A stretch of DNA of 64,000 bases, from the NCBI RefSeq assembly GCF_001194135.2, contig NC_068985.1, positions 21,125,256-21,189,255 on the forward strand, read 5' to 3'. This DNA is from Octopus bimaculoides (taxonomy: Eukaryota). Under the pieces are notes generated by a model that ran no database searches, was not told where the DNA came from, and was given only the letters and a program-made list of their open reading frames with translations. The stretch's first letter is position 1; each line of letters begins with the position of its first letter. Below, one piece after another: positions 62,335 through 64,000 of this stretch. The position numbers and the translations under genes are program-made.

Positions 62335-64000
62335 ATGTTATATAGATATGTTATATATTGATCTGATACCTTGAAACTGCTTATTTATATTACATCAACT
62401 CTCCTATGACATCTTGTCATATATAACATACACACACACATACCGATCACTGATCCCTCCATCACTTGCCTAACTACTGTAGTATTTTGCTGCTGTAATT
62501 AAATGGCAGCAGAATTATATACTTGATCATACTTATCTGTGCTACCAGTTATCTCTTCCCCTACCTTTGGCACTTCCTTTGACATATACTCTTCATTCTT
62601 AATATTGTCCCTCCCCACTCACTTTACATTGATCAATATTCTATGTCACCAATTATCTCTCCCTTTTCTTTGAGCCACCCCTATTACCATGTCTCTCCCA
62701 ACAAATTGTTACAACCTACACATCCATCCTTACCCATCATCTCCTTTTCATTCTTCTTCTGTCAATTGTATTATTATTATTCTGCTGCTCTTCCTCCCTC
62801 TGTACTGACAGTCATCACCACCTCTCCTTTACCTTCTCATCAATTCATATTTATCATCAATCATTTCTCAACTCTTCTCTGCCACACACACACACACCCA
62901 CTGTATCTCTGACTTTCCCTCATCCACCCCATACACTCTTGCAACCTCTACCCACCCTTCCATCCCCATTCTCTTTTCTGCTCACTTTCTCATACCATCT
63001 TCATCTCCCTTTCCATATCCACTCTGATTAGCTTCACTCACTCATAAGTAATGCAAGGTAGGCATATATCTCTTCTACAGTCAGAAACCTGTTCCTGCCC
63101 CTTCTTTCATACATTAACCTCCCAACACCTAGGATAAATGCACCTCCCTCTCTACTATACTGTCACTCACTTGAGGCAGAGCTTAGTCTTGTCAGTTATA
63201 TGGTAACCTCACTAGTGCTGGTGCCATGAAAAACGTATCCAGTACACTCTATAAAGTTATTGGCATTTAGGAAGAGAGCATTTGGCCATAGTAACTGTAT
63301 CAGCAGACATTGGACCATTACACAGTCATCTAACTCGTAAGATGTTGTTGAACTGTGCAACCAATGTCAGTATGTATGTGTGTGTGTGTGTGTGTGTGTG
63401 CGTGTGCGTGTAAAATATATCTATATATAGGACTACTGCATCATAGATGACATGTAACTCTCAATTTTCAATTTGTTGAATTTATCTGACAGCTAACAAC
63501 AAATCATTATATCATCCGAAATCTGTTTCCAAATTCCCACCTCATTATATAAATATCCTTTCTTAAAGGTTTGATGTGCAAGAAATAGGTGAAAATATAA
63601 TCTCCATGTATGCATGTGTGTGTGTGTGTGTGTGTATACATCTAAGTTATGATAAGAAAATGATGAATAGAATTATAGAGTGTAATCATCGGTTGTAGAT
63701 TTCAAAATTGCGTCGTAATAACTCTTTGCTGTTATGTACCACTACCACTTGATGACCTCAAATGAGTGTTGTTCAGTCTAATCATACAGTTGCTGTGTGT
63801 TTAAAAATATTTCCAAACTTTTTATTCAAATTAATGGCTAGCGATGTAATTGTTTCAAATGATTCAAAATGGAAATAATCCAACTATTTTTACAGTGTCA
63901 AGTGATCTTAAACCTCGCATGAACCATCACTAAAGAATTCTATTGTGTCACAAGAAAGTCTAATTATACATTTATTCAAAATGTACCTACAGTAATTGCT

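Overview
AT-rich, microsatellite-dense eukaryotic DNA with eight N-gaps. The SINE and LINE families point to an octopus (inference, not a database match). No host protein-coding gene could be identified with confidence, and most ORF-track entries are microsatellite, gap or chance frames. The window is mainly decayed mobile DNA: several tRNA-derived SINE families, RTE-type and R4/Dong-type LINE remnants, two Penelope-like (PLE) fragments, mariner and maT (DD37D) transposons, a hATm-like element with TIRs and TSD, MITEs, Helitron-like elements, and a nested Ty3/Gypsy cluster at about 32.9-37.0 kb. The most notable observations are: (i) hammerhead-ribozyme-like motifs at four loci, one a head-to-head palindromic pair; (ii) a Merlin-like MITE carrying telomere-type repeats; (iii) a fold-back mariner; (iv) a CpG-retaining domain of about 13.7 kb (29.7-43.4 kb) with a central CTCF-like motif, between CpG-depleted flanks that contain weak candidate exons. 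All family calls come from motifs recognised by eye and need confirmation by search.
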